64,000 nt of DNA from Methanobacteriota archaeon (GCA_009758405.1 WSBC01000032.1:87934-151933), one strand, 5' to 3'. Positions 48,113-57,348 are shown, numbered from the stretch's first letter. Translations and numbers: made by a program. Notes: generated by a model not told the origin, from the sequence alone.

Positions 48113-48736
48113 GTGATAAATAAAGAAATAAATTTAAAAATTAATGGAATAGAATATAGAATATTTGGTACGGTAAGGGGATTGGTGAGTGAGGGCGATC
48201 ATATTGAAAAGATTTTTAATGAATTTATGCCAGATACTATAATGCTAGGAATATCAAAGGAGGACCTTGATGGCCTCATTCATTACATCAAAGATCCCTT
48301 CATGGTAGATATATCAGATTATGAAATTATATGGGGACTTAACCTTCAGAGGTTTGGTAAGGTAAAATTACCTGTTCCATCATACCTTAAGGCAGTGGAG
48401 ATTTCACAGAAGCTTAATTTAAAAATATTGTCCATAGACCTTGACGAAAAGGAATACTCAGATCTTTATACCAAAAAGATAAGCATATTTATGCTGTTAA
48501 GACATTCACTAAGGAAAAAGAGGTTATATAGAAAAAAATTTAATGCAAATAATCCGGAGGAATTTTCAATTATGTGGGATAATGAAATAAATAAAATATC
48601 CGGATTTAGGGAAATAGAGGAACAGAGAGAAATGAATATGGCCAAAAAAATTAATGAAAATAATGAAGGAAAAAGGATTCTTGTAATAGTTGATTATGAA
48701 AGGATGGAAGGCATACTAAAAAGGTTAAAATTTTAA
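48113..48736 (+). CDS. TraB/PrgY-like family protein (tentative, degenerate motif)
   Basis: 207 aa with GTG start. YRIFGTVRGLVSEGDHIEKIFNEFMPDTIMLG resembles the TraB N-terminus, but GTAH is replaced by GTVR. Confidence 0.3.
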   Translation: MINKEINLKINGIEYRIFGTVRGLVSEGDHIEKIFNEFMPDTIMLGISKEDLDGLIHYIKDPFMVDISDYEIIWGLNLQRFGKVKLPVPSYLKAVEISQKLNLKILSIDLDEKEYSDLYTKKISIFMLLRHSLRKKRLYRKKFNANNPEEFSIMWDNEINKISGFREIEEQREMNMAKKINENNEGKRILVIVDYERMEGILKRLKF

Positions 48737-48739
48737 ATA

Positions 48740-49621
48740 TTGTTTTCCATAACAATAATGATGATTAAACTATTAAGAAACATAACTGGAATAGTACTTT
48801 CCCTAGCAGCAGGATTCGTACTATTGTACTTTTTGGGTTATTTTGTCTCACATAATATAATTCCAAATGTTTTTTATGAGATATTTTTAATAATAATTAT
48901 ACTTGGTATATCTTATCTAGTCACAAGATTTATTGGTTCAATTATATACAATTCCTTTATTGGTAGAGGTGAATCCTTTGCCAAACATATAAGGTCAACA
49001 TTTGAATTAATATTTTTTTTGATAATTCTTTTTATTGTGCTTTTAAGTCTAGGTGAGAATATCACCGCAGGCCTTGTAGGTGCAGGTATAGTTGGTATAA
49101 TTCTGGGCGTTGCAGCACAGGCATCTTTATCAAATTTTTTTGCAGGTCTTTATATACTGCTTTCAAAACCATTTGAAGTAGGACAAAGGATTAATGTTGT
49201 TACCTCCCAATATTCTGGATTTGGTCCAACATATCACCATGATTTTATACCTCCAAAGTTTACAGGAACTGTTGATGAAGTAGGCTTCCTTTACACAAAG
49301 ATAATTAATGACGAAAACCATATTATGACAATTCCCAACAGCGTATTTCTGCAGGCAATGATTATAAATTATCAAAAAAATGAATATATAAAAATAAAGG
49401 TAATGGTTGAAATTCCTTTAAAAATGGATCCCGAAAAAATAAAAGATTCCTTAAATGAAATTGTAAAGAGGGATGGTAAAATAAATGGAGAAATAGAAAT
49501 GAAACTTATTTCCATGGACAGGGATTATTATAATGCTGCTATTTATGTTAAGGAAAGGCATGAAAAAATGGATGAGGTGAATGATTATATTTTGAGATGT
49601 TTGAGGGAAATAATATATTGA
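48740..49621 (+). CDS. MscS-family mechanosensitive channel
   Basis: 293 aa. ILGVAAQASLSNFFAGLYILLSKPFEVGQRI is the MscS TM3/beta-domain signature. TTG start in the track; ATG alternative at 48758. Confidence 0.8.
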   Translation: MFSITIMMIKLLRNITGIVLSLAAGFVLLYFLGYFVSHNIIPNVFYEIFLIIIILGISYLVTRFIGSIIYNSFIGRGESFAKHIRSTFELIFFLIILFIVLLSLGENITAGLVGAGIVGIILGVAAQASLSNFFAGLYILLSKPFEVGQRINVVTSQYSGFGPTYHHDFIPPKFTGTVDEVGFLYTKIINDENHIMTIPNSVFLQAMIINYQKNEYIKIKVMVEIPLKMDPEKIKDSLNEIVKRDGKINGEIEMKLISMDRDYYNAAIYVKERHEKMDEVNDYILRCLREIIY

Positions 49622-49737
49622 AAATACTCTTTATTAAATTAATTGTTTAAATGTTTCATCTTCCTGGCATTTCACCTGGATAAATGCGCAAAATTTTTAT
49701 TATCCTATATGCTTACCTAATAATAGGTGATAGTAAA

Positions 49738-50115
49738 ATGCCAACATTCTTCAGGAGAAGGCCTATCAAACCTCTTGATAAACCTGCCTCCAATGTAGAG
49801 CCAAGAAAGTATTTAGATTTAAATGATTACGAAGGTGGAATTGAATTGGGCGGTAGCGGACCAATGGTGAGGATAGGGGAGATTTACAGATTTGAAGAGG
49901 TGAAGGATCTCTCGGAATATGTATATAATGGTGATATACTAATAATTGATTATACACCAGTGGCTGAGGATGAGCTTACACTCAGGAGGATAATCAGTGA
50001 ACTAAAAAATGTGGCAAAGGACGTTGACGGGGATGTGGTTGCAATAGGTAAAAACTATCTATTTGTGACTCCAAGCGGAATTAAGATAGACAGGAACAAA
50101 ATAAGAGTGAAGTAA
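49738..50115 (+). CDS. sepF: Archaeal SepF-like cell-division protein (DUF552)
   Basis: C-terminal NGDILIIDYTPVAEDELTLRRIISELKNVAKDVDGDVVAIGKNYLFVTPSGIKI fits the SepF core. I prefer ATG 49738 (MPTFFRRRP, GGTGAT SD 8 nt upstream) to the track start 49684. Confidence 0.7.
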   Translation: MPTFFRRRPIKPLDKPASNVEPRKYLDLNDYEGGIELGGSGPMVRIGEIYRFEEVKDLSEYVYNGDILIIDYTPVAEDELTLRRIISELKNVAKDVDGDVVAIGKNYLFVTPSGIKIDRNKIRVK

Positions 50116-50119
50116 TACT

Positions 50120-50644
50120 ATGGTAGGAATAAAGTTTGTCGGAAGTGGGGGCCAGGGGGTAATACTAGCAGGTCTAATTTTAGGCAAGGCTGCAGCCATA
50201 TATGAAAAGAAAGAGGCTGTTTTCACTGAAAGTTATGGTGCAGAGACGAGGGGAGGTTTTTCAAGCTCTTCAGTGGTTATTTCCGATGAGAAGATTGATT
50301 ATCCATATGTTTTACAACCTGACATACTCGTGGCCTTTTCTCAGCAGGGCTATGATTCTGCATCCGATACCTTGAAATCATCAGGGATACTTATTTATGA
50401 AAATGATCTCGTAAATCCAAAGAAGGTTGAAAAGATGTATGGAATTCCTGCAACAAGGCTTGCAAGGGAAAAATTCAATAAAACCACCTCTGTAAATATG
50501 ATCATGTTAGGATTTCTTGTTGCAAGAACAGGAATTGTTTCAAAGGAATCGTTGATAAGGGCTGTTGAGGAATCTGTACCTAGGGGAACAGAAAAAGAGA
50601 ATCTTGATGCAGTCAGGCTGGGATATAACTATTCCAGCCAATAA
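50120..50644 (+). CDS. 2-oxoacid:ferredoxin oxidoreductase gamma-subunit-like protein (stand-alone)
   Basis: 174 aa. GSGGQGVILAGLILGKAA and ESYGAETRGG are POR/KOR gamma motifs. No alpha or beta subunit genes in the window. Confidence 0.75.
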   Translation: MVGIKFVGSGGQGVILAGLILGKAAAIYEKKEAVFTESYGAETRGGFSSSSVVISDEKIDYPYVLQPDILVAFSQQGYDSASDTLKSSGILIYENDLVNPKKVEKMYGIPATRLAREKFNKTTSVNMIMLGFLVARTGIVSKESLIRAVEESVPRGTEKENLDAVRLGYNYSSQ

Positions 50645-50709
50645 TGAATGTGATGAAAAGAGGGTCAGCTGAGCAAATGCTGTGATGAACCCTATGAGTC
50701 ACTGATTCA
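50645..50709 (+). ncRNA. C/D-box sRNA (2'-O-methylation guide)
   Basis: C box GTGATGA 50650-56, 12-nt guide, D' CTGA 50669-72, 9-nt spacer, C' GTGATGA 50682-88, 13-nt guide, D CTGA 50702-05. The flanks TGAAT (50645-49) and ATTCA (50705-09) are complementary. Confidence 0.75.
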
Positions 50710-51888
50710 CCCAAACATATGGCCAGGGGCGGTTTCTTCCCCCCCTGCTGATTTTTTCACTTTTTCAATAGCCTTAATAAAATCTATCATTGTGACATAA
50801 TCCCTCATTTCCCTTATTGCATTCATCCCTGCTTCTGTACATATTGCCTTTATGTCAGCACCGGACAAGCCATTTGTTTCCTTTGCCAATGCTGAAATCT
50901 CCACATCCCTTATGTTCATTTTTCTAGTGTGTATCCTGAATATCTTTTCCCTAGCATTCTCATCGGGAAGAGGAATTTCAATTATTCTATCAAATCTACC
51001 TGGTCTAATGAGTGCCTCATCAAGTATGTCTGGCCTATTTGTAGCTGCTATTATTTTTACATTCCCCAGTGGATCAAAACCATCAATCTCTGCCAGTAAT
51101 TGCATAAGAGTACGCTGTACCTCCCTGTCGCCTGATGTGGAGAGGTCCATCCTTCTTGCACCTATTGCATCAATTTCATCTATGAAAAGAATGCTTGGTG
51201 ACTTCTCCCTTGCAAGATCAAATAGTTCCCTCACTAGTCTCGCCCCCTCTCCTATATATTTTCTCACCAGTTCTGATCCGACTGTTCTAATAAAGGTAGC
51301 ATTGGTATGATGCGCAACTGCCTTTGCAACAAGTGTCTTCCCTGTACCAGGTGGTCCAATCAAAAGTATGCCCTTTGGTGGTTCTATACCCACCTTCTTG
51401 AAGAGTTCTGGATGTAAAAGTGGAAGTTCAACTGTCTCCCTTACCTCTCTCAGCTGAGAATCCAGGCCTCCGATATCATCATATGTAACATCAGGCTTTG
51501 TTATTATCTCACTCGCAACTACAGAAGGATCATAACTTTCTGGAAGCACTCCGATTACAGCCAGTGTTGTCTTATTTAGGGCTACCCTTACCCCAGATTT
51601 TAATTTATCATGAGGTACATTCTCTGAAACATTTACCACAAAGGAAGGTCCTGTGGAGCTCCTTACCACCACCTTCTTGTCTGAAAGTACATCCTCAACA
51701 TTTCCAAGAAGGAGTGGAGGTGCCCTTAGCCTGTTCAATTCCCTTTTCATCTGGTCAAGTTCAAACTGGAGCCTTCTTATTTCATTTTCAAGATACCTCT
51801 TTTCACTTTCAAGCATCCTCAAATGCTTTAGAAATTCTTCCTTTTCAAGATCAAAGGAAATTCCGGGCTCCACATCATCTTTTGCCAT
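50707..51888 (-). CDS. pan: Proteasome-activating nucleotidase
   Basis: 393 aa. N-terminal coiled coil, AAA+ [12 protein letters not shown], and a C-terminal hydrophobic-Tyr-X-like tail typical of PAN/Rpt. Confidence 0.9.
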   Translation of the reverse strand: MAKDDVEPGISFDLEKEEFLKHLRMLESEKRYLENEIRRLQFELDQMKRELNRLRAPPLLLGNVEDVLSDKKVVVRSSTGPSFVVNVSENVPHDKLKSGVRVALNKTTLAVIGVLPESYDPSVVASEIITKPDVTYDDIGGLDSQLREVRETVELPLLHPELFKKVGIEPPKGILLIGPPGTGKTLVAKAVAHHTNATFIRTVGSELVRKYIGEGARLVRELFDLAREKSPSILFIDEIDAIGARRMDLSTSGDREVQRTLMQLLAEIDGFDPLGNVKIIAATNRPDILDEALIRPGRFDRIIEIPLPDENAREKIFRIHTRKMNIRDVEISALAKETNGLSGADIKAICTEAGMNAIREMRDYVTMIDFIKAIEKVKKSAGGEETAPGHMFG

Positions 51889-51992
51889 TTACTCACCTTA
51901 ACTTAATTATTTAAAACTTATATATTTATTTTTCCTAAAAAATTTAGAAAAGATTTTATAAAAAGTTAGTTTACAATTTTCTGTGAAATGGG

Positions 51993-52460
51993 ATGATATG
52001 TGAAGTATGTGGTAAAAATGTACCAAGGCTAAGAAAGGTAATAATTGAGGGAGCAGTAATGAATGTTTGTGACGACTGTGCACGTCTTGGAGTACCACTG
52101 GAAGAAAAGAAAGCGATAAAACAAACATCTATTCACAGGGTTCCTCAGGTGAAGGAATCAAAAAAACAGAATGATGTTCTAGATGAAAACGAGGTACTTG
52201 TTGATGATTATGGGGAAAGGATTAGAAGAGCAAGGGAATCCAGAAATCTTTCACTTGAGGATGCTGCAAAGAAACTTCTTGAAAAAAAGAATGTATTATC
52301 TAAGATAGAAAGGGGGGAAATGAAACCTGACAAAGATTTAATTAAAAAATTGGAAAAATTTTATTCAATAAAATTGACAGAAAAGATTTCATCTGTTCAG
52401 GAAACAACAAAATATAAAAAAGAATCACTTACACTGGGTGATATAATAAAAAAGGAATAA
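51993..52460 (+). CDS. mbf1: Archaeal multiprotein bridging factor 1 (Zn-ribbon + HTH)
   Basis: 155 aa. CEVCG...CDDC ribbon, then IRRARESRNLSLEDAAKKL cro/C1-type HTH. Confidence 0.8.
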   Translation: MICEVCGKNVPRLRKVIIEGAVMNVCDDCARLGVPLEEKKAIKQTSIHRVPQVKESKKQNDVLDENEVLVDDYGERIRRARESRNLSLEDAAKKLLEKKNVLSKIERGEMKPDKDLIKKLEKFYSIKLTEKISSVQETTKYKKESLTLGDIIKKE

Positions 52461-52461
52461 A

Positions 52462-53055
52462 TTATTCAATTAGTCTAGTCCTTATTAAAGATCTTAGAAC
52501 AACACCATCTATTTCATCGCTTATCTGTTTGTTAACTATGCATACGGCCAGGACAGGTGTACCTCCATTCTTTTTGATATCCCTTATTGCCTTTGACATT
52601 GTTTCACCAGTGCTTACAACATCATCAACTATCACTACATTTTTTCCAGCTACAGATGCATAATTTGAACTGAATGTACCCTCCTTATCTGTCGGGCTAG
52701 GTCTATAAATTATTAGTTCAGAATCAAGTTCCTCGGCTATAAAAGTTGCAATTGGAATACCATTGATTGCAATTCCAACTATTGAGTCTATAGAAAAATT
52801 TCTTGAATTCATCTCTTCGAGTATAATATCTGAAAATATTTCCGCAAGTTTAGATATCCTGTATGGATAAACACCTATTGATCTCCAGCCAATTCTTACA
52901 TCCTTTGGTGCTGAAACCTTCTTTTCAAAACCCCTAGATAGTAACCATTGTACAGTTTGAGTTGATAAATGTAACTCCGTTGCAATCTCCTTTTCAGGGA
53001 TACCCTTGTTTTTTAATTCAAGGGCTCTTTTTGCCAGTTCATCTATGTCCTTCAT
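52462..53055 (-). CDS. Orotate phosphoribosyltransferase-like protein with N-terminal HTH (PyrE2/GfcR-like)
   Basis: 197 aa. HTH (IATELHLSTQTVQWLL) plus the PRTase motif VVIVDDVVSTGETM. Confidence 0.7.
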   Translation of the reverse strand: MKDIDELAKRALELKNKGIPEKEIATELHLSTQTVQWLLSRGFEKKVSAPKDVRIGWRSIGVYPYRISKLAEIFSDIILEEMNSRNFSIDSIVGIAINGIPIATFIAEELDSELIIYRPSPTDKEGTFSSNYASVAGKNVVIVDDVVSTGETMSKAIRDIKKNGGTPVLAVCIVNKQISDEIDGVVLRSLIRTRLIE

Positions 53056-54191
53056 AATTGATCACCTACATGTTCTGTATTTTTTTCACTTAAATTAATA
53101 TTTTGGTGAAATGCCTCAAAATGAGTAAACAGTCTTATTCCATATTTTTTATAAAAGTTTTTCTCTATGGAATCAGAAATCTTTTCAATGTCCTCAAGTT
53201 TTATTTGCGGATCAAAAAATATAAAAACATCGGCGTGAGATCCCTTGGTGGATGAATAGATTTCAAAATCTTTGTAACCCTTTATTTCGTGGAAGTTTTT
53301 TATCATTTCTCTGAAATCATTTTCCAATTTTTCCGTCATATCAAAATCATATGTATCTACATGAACTGTAGCCTCCATCCCAAGAAAATTTTTAATTTCA
53401 TTTTCTATGTTGCTTGCTATATTGTGAGCCTCTCCAGCGCTTGTGGATGCATTAATATCTATATGAAGTGTAATTATTTTTTTGTTTCCATAGTCATGCA
53501 AAATTATATCATGTGCCTTTACCCCGTACTTTTTAACTATTTCCCTAATTGAATCAATTTTATCATCAGGAAGTTTTTCTCCAAGAAGTTTGCTAATTCC
53601 CCTTCTTGAAAAAACAATTGCCTCATAGGCTATGAGTAGACCTACAAATATAGAAAAAAGTCCATCAAGATAGATAAAATAAGAATTTAGAAAAATCACA
53701 GCAATTACTCCTACTGAGAGGAGTGCATCACTCCTGTGATGCCATGCATCTACCTTGAGAGCATCCCCCTCTATCTTTTTTCCATAATAAAAAGCCAACC
53801 TTGCCATACCCTCCTTAATAAAAATAGTAATAACAATTACAAATATGAAGAAAATGTTTAAGATTACCTCCTCAGGTTTTATAAGCCTTAAAGCACCCTC
53901 ATAAATTATAAAACTACCTGTAAGAAAAAGAACTATTGCACCTAATAATGTTGTAATGTGCTCTACCCTGCCATGGCCCATGGGATGCATGGTATCCGGG
54001 GGTCTGCTTGCAAAATAAAAACCTACAACAATTATTGCTGAACCTATTATATCTGTCAATGTATGGTAGGCATCAGAGATAAGCGAAAGGCTATTTATCA
54101 TAATACCTATGTAAAGCTTAATAACAAATATGATAATATTGCCAAAGATGCTTACAATTCCTTCTATGTATGCATATTTCTCCCTTTTCAT
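53052..54191 (-). CDS. Cation diffusion facilitator (CDF) transporter with an apparently duplicated cytoplasmic domain
   Basis: 379 aa. SDAYHTLTD (TM2 HxxxD) and DAWHHRSD (TM5). Two consecutive CTD-like segments follow the TM domain. Confidence 0.8.
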   Translation of the reverse strand: MKREKYAYIEGIVSIFGNIIIFVIKLYIGIMINSLSLISDAYHTLTDIIGSAIIVVGFYFASRPPDTMHPMGHGRVEHITTLLGAIVLFLTGSFIIYEGALRLIKPEEVILNIFFIFVIVITIFIKEGMARLAFYYGKKIEGDALKVDAWHHRSDALLSVGVIAVIFLNSYFIYLDGLFSIFVGLLIAYEAIVFSRRGISKLLGEKLPDDKIDSIREIVKKYGVKAHDIILHDYGNKKIITLHIDINASTSAGEAHNIASNIENEIKNFLGMEATVHVDTYDFDMTEKLENDFREMIKNFHEIKGYKDFEIYSSTKGSHADVFIFFDPQIKLEDIEKISDSIEKNFYKKYGIRLFTHFEAFHQNINLSEKNTEHVGDQL

Positions 54192-54293
54192 TTAATTTGA
54201 AAATTATTGTAAGTATTTAAGGTTAATTTTTATAATTCATATCAATTTTATAAGAAAAATTATTTAAACTGGTTTAATTTTCTTTTTTTTAAT

Positions 54294-54710
54294 ATGCTGA
54301 AAATTAATGATCTCTTGCTACATATTAAAAAAATGATGCAATTTCTAGGTCTGGGTGAGGCAGAGAGTACTATATATGCATTTTTAGCCCTTTCTGAGAG
54401 TCCAATGACTATTGGTGAGATTGCTGAAAGAACCTATTATTCAATCCCAAGGATATATTCATCTTTAAGTTATCTTATGAAAGAAGGTTTGGTAGAGAAA
54501 AGAAGGGATAATGGAACAACTAAATACTTTTCAAATATAAATTTTATAGATTTTTTTGAAAAAAGAAGGCAGGAAATTATGGAAAGATTCATTGAGCCTA
54601 TGACAAAGATTGAAGATGGAGATGAAAAAATTAAAAAAATAGTGGAATATTCAAGGCAAGTATACAATTACTTTGAGAAACTAAATGAAATTAAAAAAAA
54701 TCTTTTTTGA
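54294..54710 (+). CDS. Winged-helix transcriptional regulator (TrmB/MarR-like)
   Basis: 138 aa. ESTIYAFLALSESPMTIGEIAERTYYSIPRIYSSLSYLMKEGLVEKRRD forms a wHTH. Divergent from the CDF gene. Confidence 0.5.
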   Translation: MLKINDLLLHIKKMMQFLGLGEAESTIYAFLALSESPMTIGEIAERTYYSIPRIYSSLSYLMKEGLVEKRRDNGTTKYFSNINFIDFFEKRRQEIMERFIEPMTKIEDGDEKIKKIVEYSRQVYNYFEKLNEIKKNLF

Positions 54711-54711
54711 T

Positions 54712-54784
54712 GGGCCGGTAGATCAGCTGGTAGATCGTTTGCTTCGCAAGCAAAAGGCCCCGGGTTCAAATCCCGGCCGGTCCA
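54712..54784 (+). tRNA. tRNA-Ala (anticodon CGC)
   Basis: 73 nt. Acceptor GGGCCGG/CCGGTCC with the G3:U70 Ala identity pair. Anticodon loop TTCGCAA. T arm CCGGG-TTCAAAT-CCCGG. Discriminator A. No encoded CCA. Confidence 0.9.
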
Positions 54785-54848
54785 TTTTTGCGAAATACTC
54801 ATATATAACTTTAGTATTGGGCATTCCATAGTATTAAGGTCGATAAAA

Positions 54849-55268
54849 ATGGTAACTGTGTATGATGTGGATCCGGATAAATTCCTTAAAGAATTAGCTG
54901 AAAGGCTGAAAAAGGAGAATATCAAGCCCCCAGAGTGGGCAAACTGGGTAAAGACAGGAATACATAGGGAAAAGGGACCTGTAAATGATGATTGGTGGTA
55001 TTTGAGGCTGGCAAGCGTATTTAGAAAAATATATATCAAGGGACCAATAGGTACATCAAGGCTTTCGGCAGAGTATGGTGGAAAGGTTGACAGGGGAACA
55101 AAACCATACCATGCATGGAAAGGAAGCAGGTCTATTGTTAGGAAATGTTTGCAGCAGCTTGAATCATTAGGATATGTAGAAAAGAATAGGAAGGGAAGGG
55201 TGGTATCCTCAAAGGGAAGATCCTATCTAGATAAGCTTGCTGAAGAAATAATAAAAAAAGGTAGTTAA
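54849..55268 (+). CDS. rps19e: 30S ribosomal protein S19e
   Basis: 139 aa. VYDVDPDKFLKELAERLKK...PPEWANWVKTG is typical of eS19. Confidence 0.9.
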   Translation: MVTVYDVDPDKFLKELAERLKKENIKPPEWANWVKTGIHREKGPVNDDWWYLRLASVFRKIYIKGPIGTSRLSAEYGGKVDRGTKPYHAWKGSRSIVRKCLQQLESLGYVEKNRKGRVVSSKGRSYLDKLAEEIIKKGS

Positions 55269-55270
55269 GG

Positions 55271-55615
55271 GTGATGATTATGGCTGAGGAGGACAGGGAG
55301 CTCGAGGAAATAAGGCGAAGGAAATTGGCACAGCTCCTTGCCCAGCAGTCAGTAGAGGAACAGGAAATTGAAAAGGAGAAGGAGGTTCAGGAGGAAAGAT
55401 TGAAGATTCTGAGGAAATATCTTTCAAGCGAGGCAAGGGAAAGGCTAAACAGGGTAAAACTCGTCAAGCCTGAACTTGCAGAGGCTGTTGAAAACCAGAT
55501 AATATACCTTGCCCAGACAGGAAGGTTAAACAGGGTGATTTCGGATGAAGAAATTAAGACACTCCTGGCAAGGTTAAGTGAAGGGCAAAGGGATATAAAG
55601 ATTGAAAGGAGATGA
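55271..55615 (+). CDS. PDCD5/TFAR19-like dsDNA-binding protein
   Basis: 114 aa. EARERLNRVKLVKPELAEAVENQIIYLAQTGRL matches the dsDNA_bind family. Conserved position between S19e and L39e genes. Confidence 0.75.
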   Translation: MMIMAEEDRELEEIRRRKLAQLLAQQSVEEQEIEKEKEVQEERLKILRKYLSSEARERLNRVKLVKPELAEAVENQIIYLAQTGRLNRVISDEEIKTLLARLSEGQRDIKIERR

Positions 55616-55621
55616 ATTAAA

Positions 55622-55777
55622 ATGGCAAGAAATAAGCATGTTGCAAGAAAATTTAGATTGATCGGTCATATGAGGACGAACAGAAGGGTTCCAGGATGGG
55701 TAATGATAAGAACTGACAGGAAATTTATTACTCATCCTCATAGGAGGAACTGGAGAAGAAATTCACTGAAGGTGTGA
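55622..55777 (+). CDS. rpl39e: 50S ribosomal protein L39e
   Basis: Not in the track (51 aa). Translates to MARNKHVARKFRLIGHMRTNRRVPGWVMIRTDRKFITHPHRRNWRRNSLKV, the classic eL39 sequence. Confidence 0.9.
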   Translation: MARNKHVARKFRLIGHMRTNRRVPGWVMIRTDRKFITHPHRRNWRRNSLKV

Positions 55778-55786
55778 GGTGATTTT

Positions 55787-56047
55787 ATGGCAGATAATGA
55801 AATTATAATAAACATTCCCATGAGAAGGCTAAAGCTTATATCCAGGAGAAGGAGGTCCAATGTTGCAATAAGAATAATAGAATTGCATGTTTCAAAACAT
55901 TTAAAGATACCATTAGAGAATGTATGGATAGATCCAAAGCTCAATGAGATCATATGGAAAAGGGGAATAGAAAAACCACCCTCAAGGATATCTGTAAAGG
56001 TTGTTAAATATCCAGAGGAAAATACCGCGGAGGTATATGCGGCGTAG
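55787..56047 (+). CDS. rpl31e: 50S ribosomal protein L31e
   Basis: 86 aa with an eL31-like sequence (IINIPMRR..., WIDPKLNEIIWKRGIEKPP). Confidence 0.9.
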   Translation: MADNEIIINIPMRRLKLISRRRRSNVAIRIIELHVSKHLKIPLENVWIDPKLNEIIWKRGIEKPPSRISVKVVKYPEENTAEVYAA

Positions 56048-56058
56048 GTAGAAAGAGA

Positions 56059-56718
56059 ATGCTTGTTAAGGGAAGGTTGCACAGTAGTCCTTACGTGGGT
56101 GTATTTTCAGTCTGTAATGAGAATTTAGTTATAATCCCAAAGGATTCTACACCAGATGAAGAGGAGATGGTAAAGAAAGCATTGGGTACTGATGTTTATA
56201 GAGCATTCATAGGCGGATCTCCCCTAATTGGTAGTTTGATGGTGATAAATTCGAAGGGGGCAGTTGTTGCCGATTTTGGGGATATTGAAGATCTTTCGTT
56301 CCTTAAGGATAGTTATAATATACTTTTTGTAAACGATAAAATAAATGCGGTTGGTAATGATATACTTGCAAGTGATAGGGTAGCCCTAGTACACCCTGAT
56401 TTCGAGAGAGAAACATTAAAATATATAGAAGATGCACTTGATGTTGAAGTAGTAAAGGGTGAGATATCTGGAATAAAGACTGTTGGTTCAGTCGCCCTTG
56501 TTACAAAAAATTCTCTTCTTGTAAATCCTCAGGTAGATGAAAAGGAGATTAAATATCTTGAAGATCTTTTCAGGTTACCAGTACATCTTACAACAGCAAA
56601 TTTTGGATCAATTTACATAGGTAAATCTATTATTGCGAATTCAAGGGGGGCAATTGTAGGGGATTTAAGTACACCAATTGAGATTTTTGAAATAGAGGAC
56701 GCAATTTCTTCAAAGTGA
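56059..56718 (+). CDS. eif6: Translation initiation factor 6 (aIF6)
   Basis: 219 aa with the pentein repeat pattern. SPYVGVFSVCNENLVIIP and GSIYIGKSIIANSRGAIVG. Confidence 0.9.
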   Translation: MLVKGRLHSSPYVGVFSVCNENLVIIPKDSTPDEEEMVKKALGTDVYRAFIGGSPLIGSLMVINSKGAVVADFGDIEDLSFLKDSYNILFVNDKINAVGNDILASDRVALVHPDFERETLKYIEDALDVEVVKGEISGIKTVGSVALVTKNSLLVNPQVDEKEIKYLEDLFRLPVHLTTANFGSIYIGKSIIANSRGAIVGDLSTPIEIFEIEDAISSK

Positions 56719-57348
56719 AAATACCCATACCTCCTTTTCTTTTGGCAGATCCTCCTTTGTAAATCTCTTCTCCCTTCCAACTTTTTTTATTCTATCTTTT
56801 TCAAAATATTGGAGGAAATTCTCTACAGGCTCGAGTTTAATTTTCAGTCCTTTGGTATAGAAATGCATAGGTACTGTTATCCTTGGCGATACCTCCTTTA
56901 TGATCTCATATGCCCTTTTCGAATCTATTGTATAAACTGATCCCACAGGAATGAAAATAAAATCTGTTCCCCTTAGAAAATCTATTGTTTCCTTTTCTGG
57001 ATAATGACCCAGATCACCTAGATGGGCAAAACTAATTCCATCTAGTTCCACCTTAAAAACCCTAATCTCTCCTCTTTCCGCTCCGTGGCTTTCATCATGG
57101 TATTCCTTTATGCACTGGTACTTCATGTTTTTAAAGCTACCGCTGCAATCATCCCTAATTACCTTTGGCAATCCCCTTACCACATGGACAGCATTATGGT
57201 CAAAGTGTTCGTGTGAAACAAAGATAAAATCTGCTTTTGCATCCGGTACCGGTAAGCCTAAGCTTTTTCCATCATGGGGATCGAAGATGAACACAAGCGA
57301 GCCACCAATTTCGAAACACGAATGTCCATGATACTTTATATAGTTCAC
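56710..57348 (-). CDS. Metallo-beta-lactamase-fold hydrolase (UPF0173-like)
   Basis: 212 aa. YHGHSCFEI and VSHEHFDH metal-binding motifs. Confidence 0.65.
   Translation of the reverse strand: MNYIKYHGHSCFEIGGSLVFIFDPHDGKSLGLPVPDAKADFIFVSHEHFDHNAVHVVRGLPKVIRDDCSGSFKNMKYQCIKEYHDESHGAERGEIRVFKVELDGISFAHLGDLGHYPEKETIDFLRGTDFIFIPVGSVYTIDSKRAYEIIKEVSPRITVPMHFYTKGLKIKLEPVENFLQYFEKDRIKKVGREKRFTKEDLPKEKEVWVFSL

Noticed and set aside
44767-51914. Antisense ORFs inside atpA/atpB/atpD/pan (for example 44767-45186, 45199-45549, 50852-51310, 51498-51914)
   Set aside because: All lie opposite strongly conserved genes and translate to S/P/L-rich sequences without motifs.
54668-55039. 123-aa minus-strand ORF covering tRNA-Ala and the start of the S19e gene
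   Set aside because: It overlaps a hand-folded tRNA with the G3:U70 identity pair and a ribosomal protein gene, so it is spurious.
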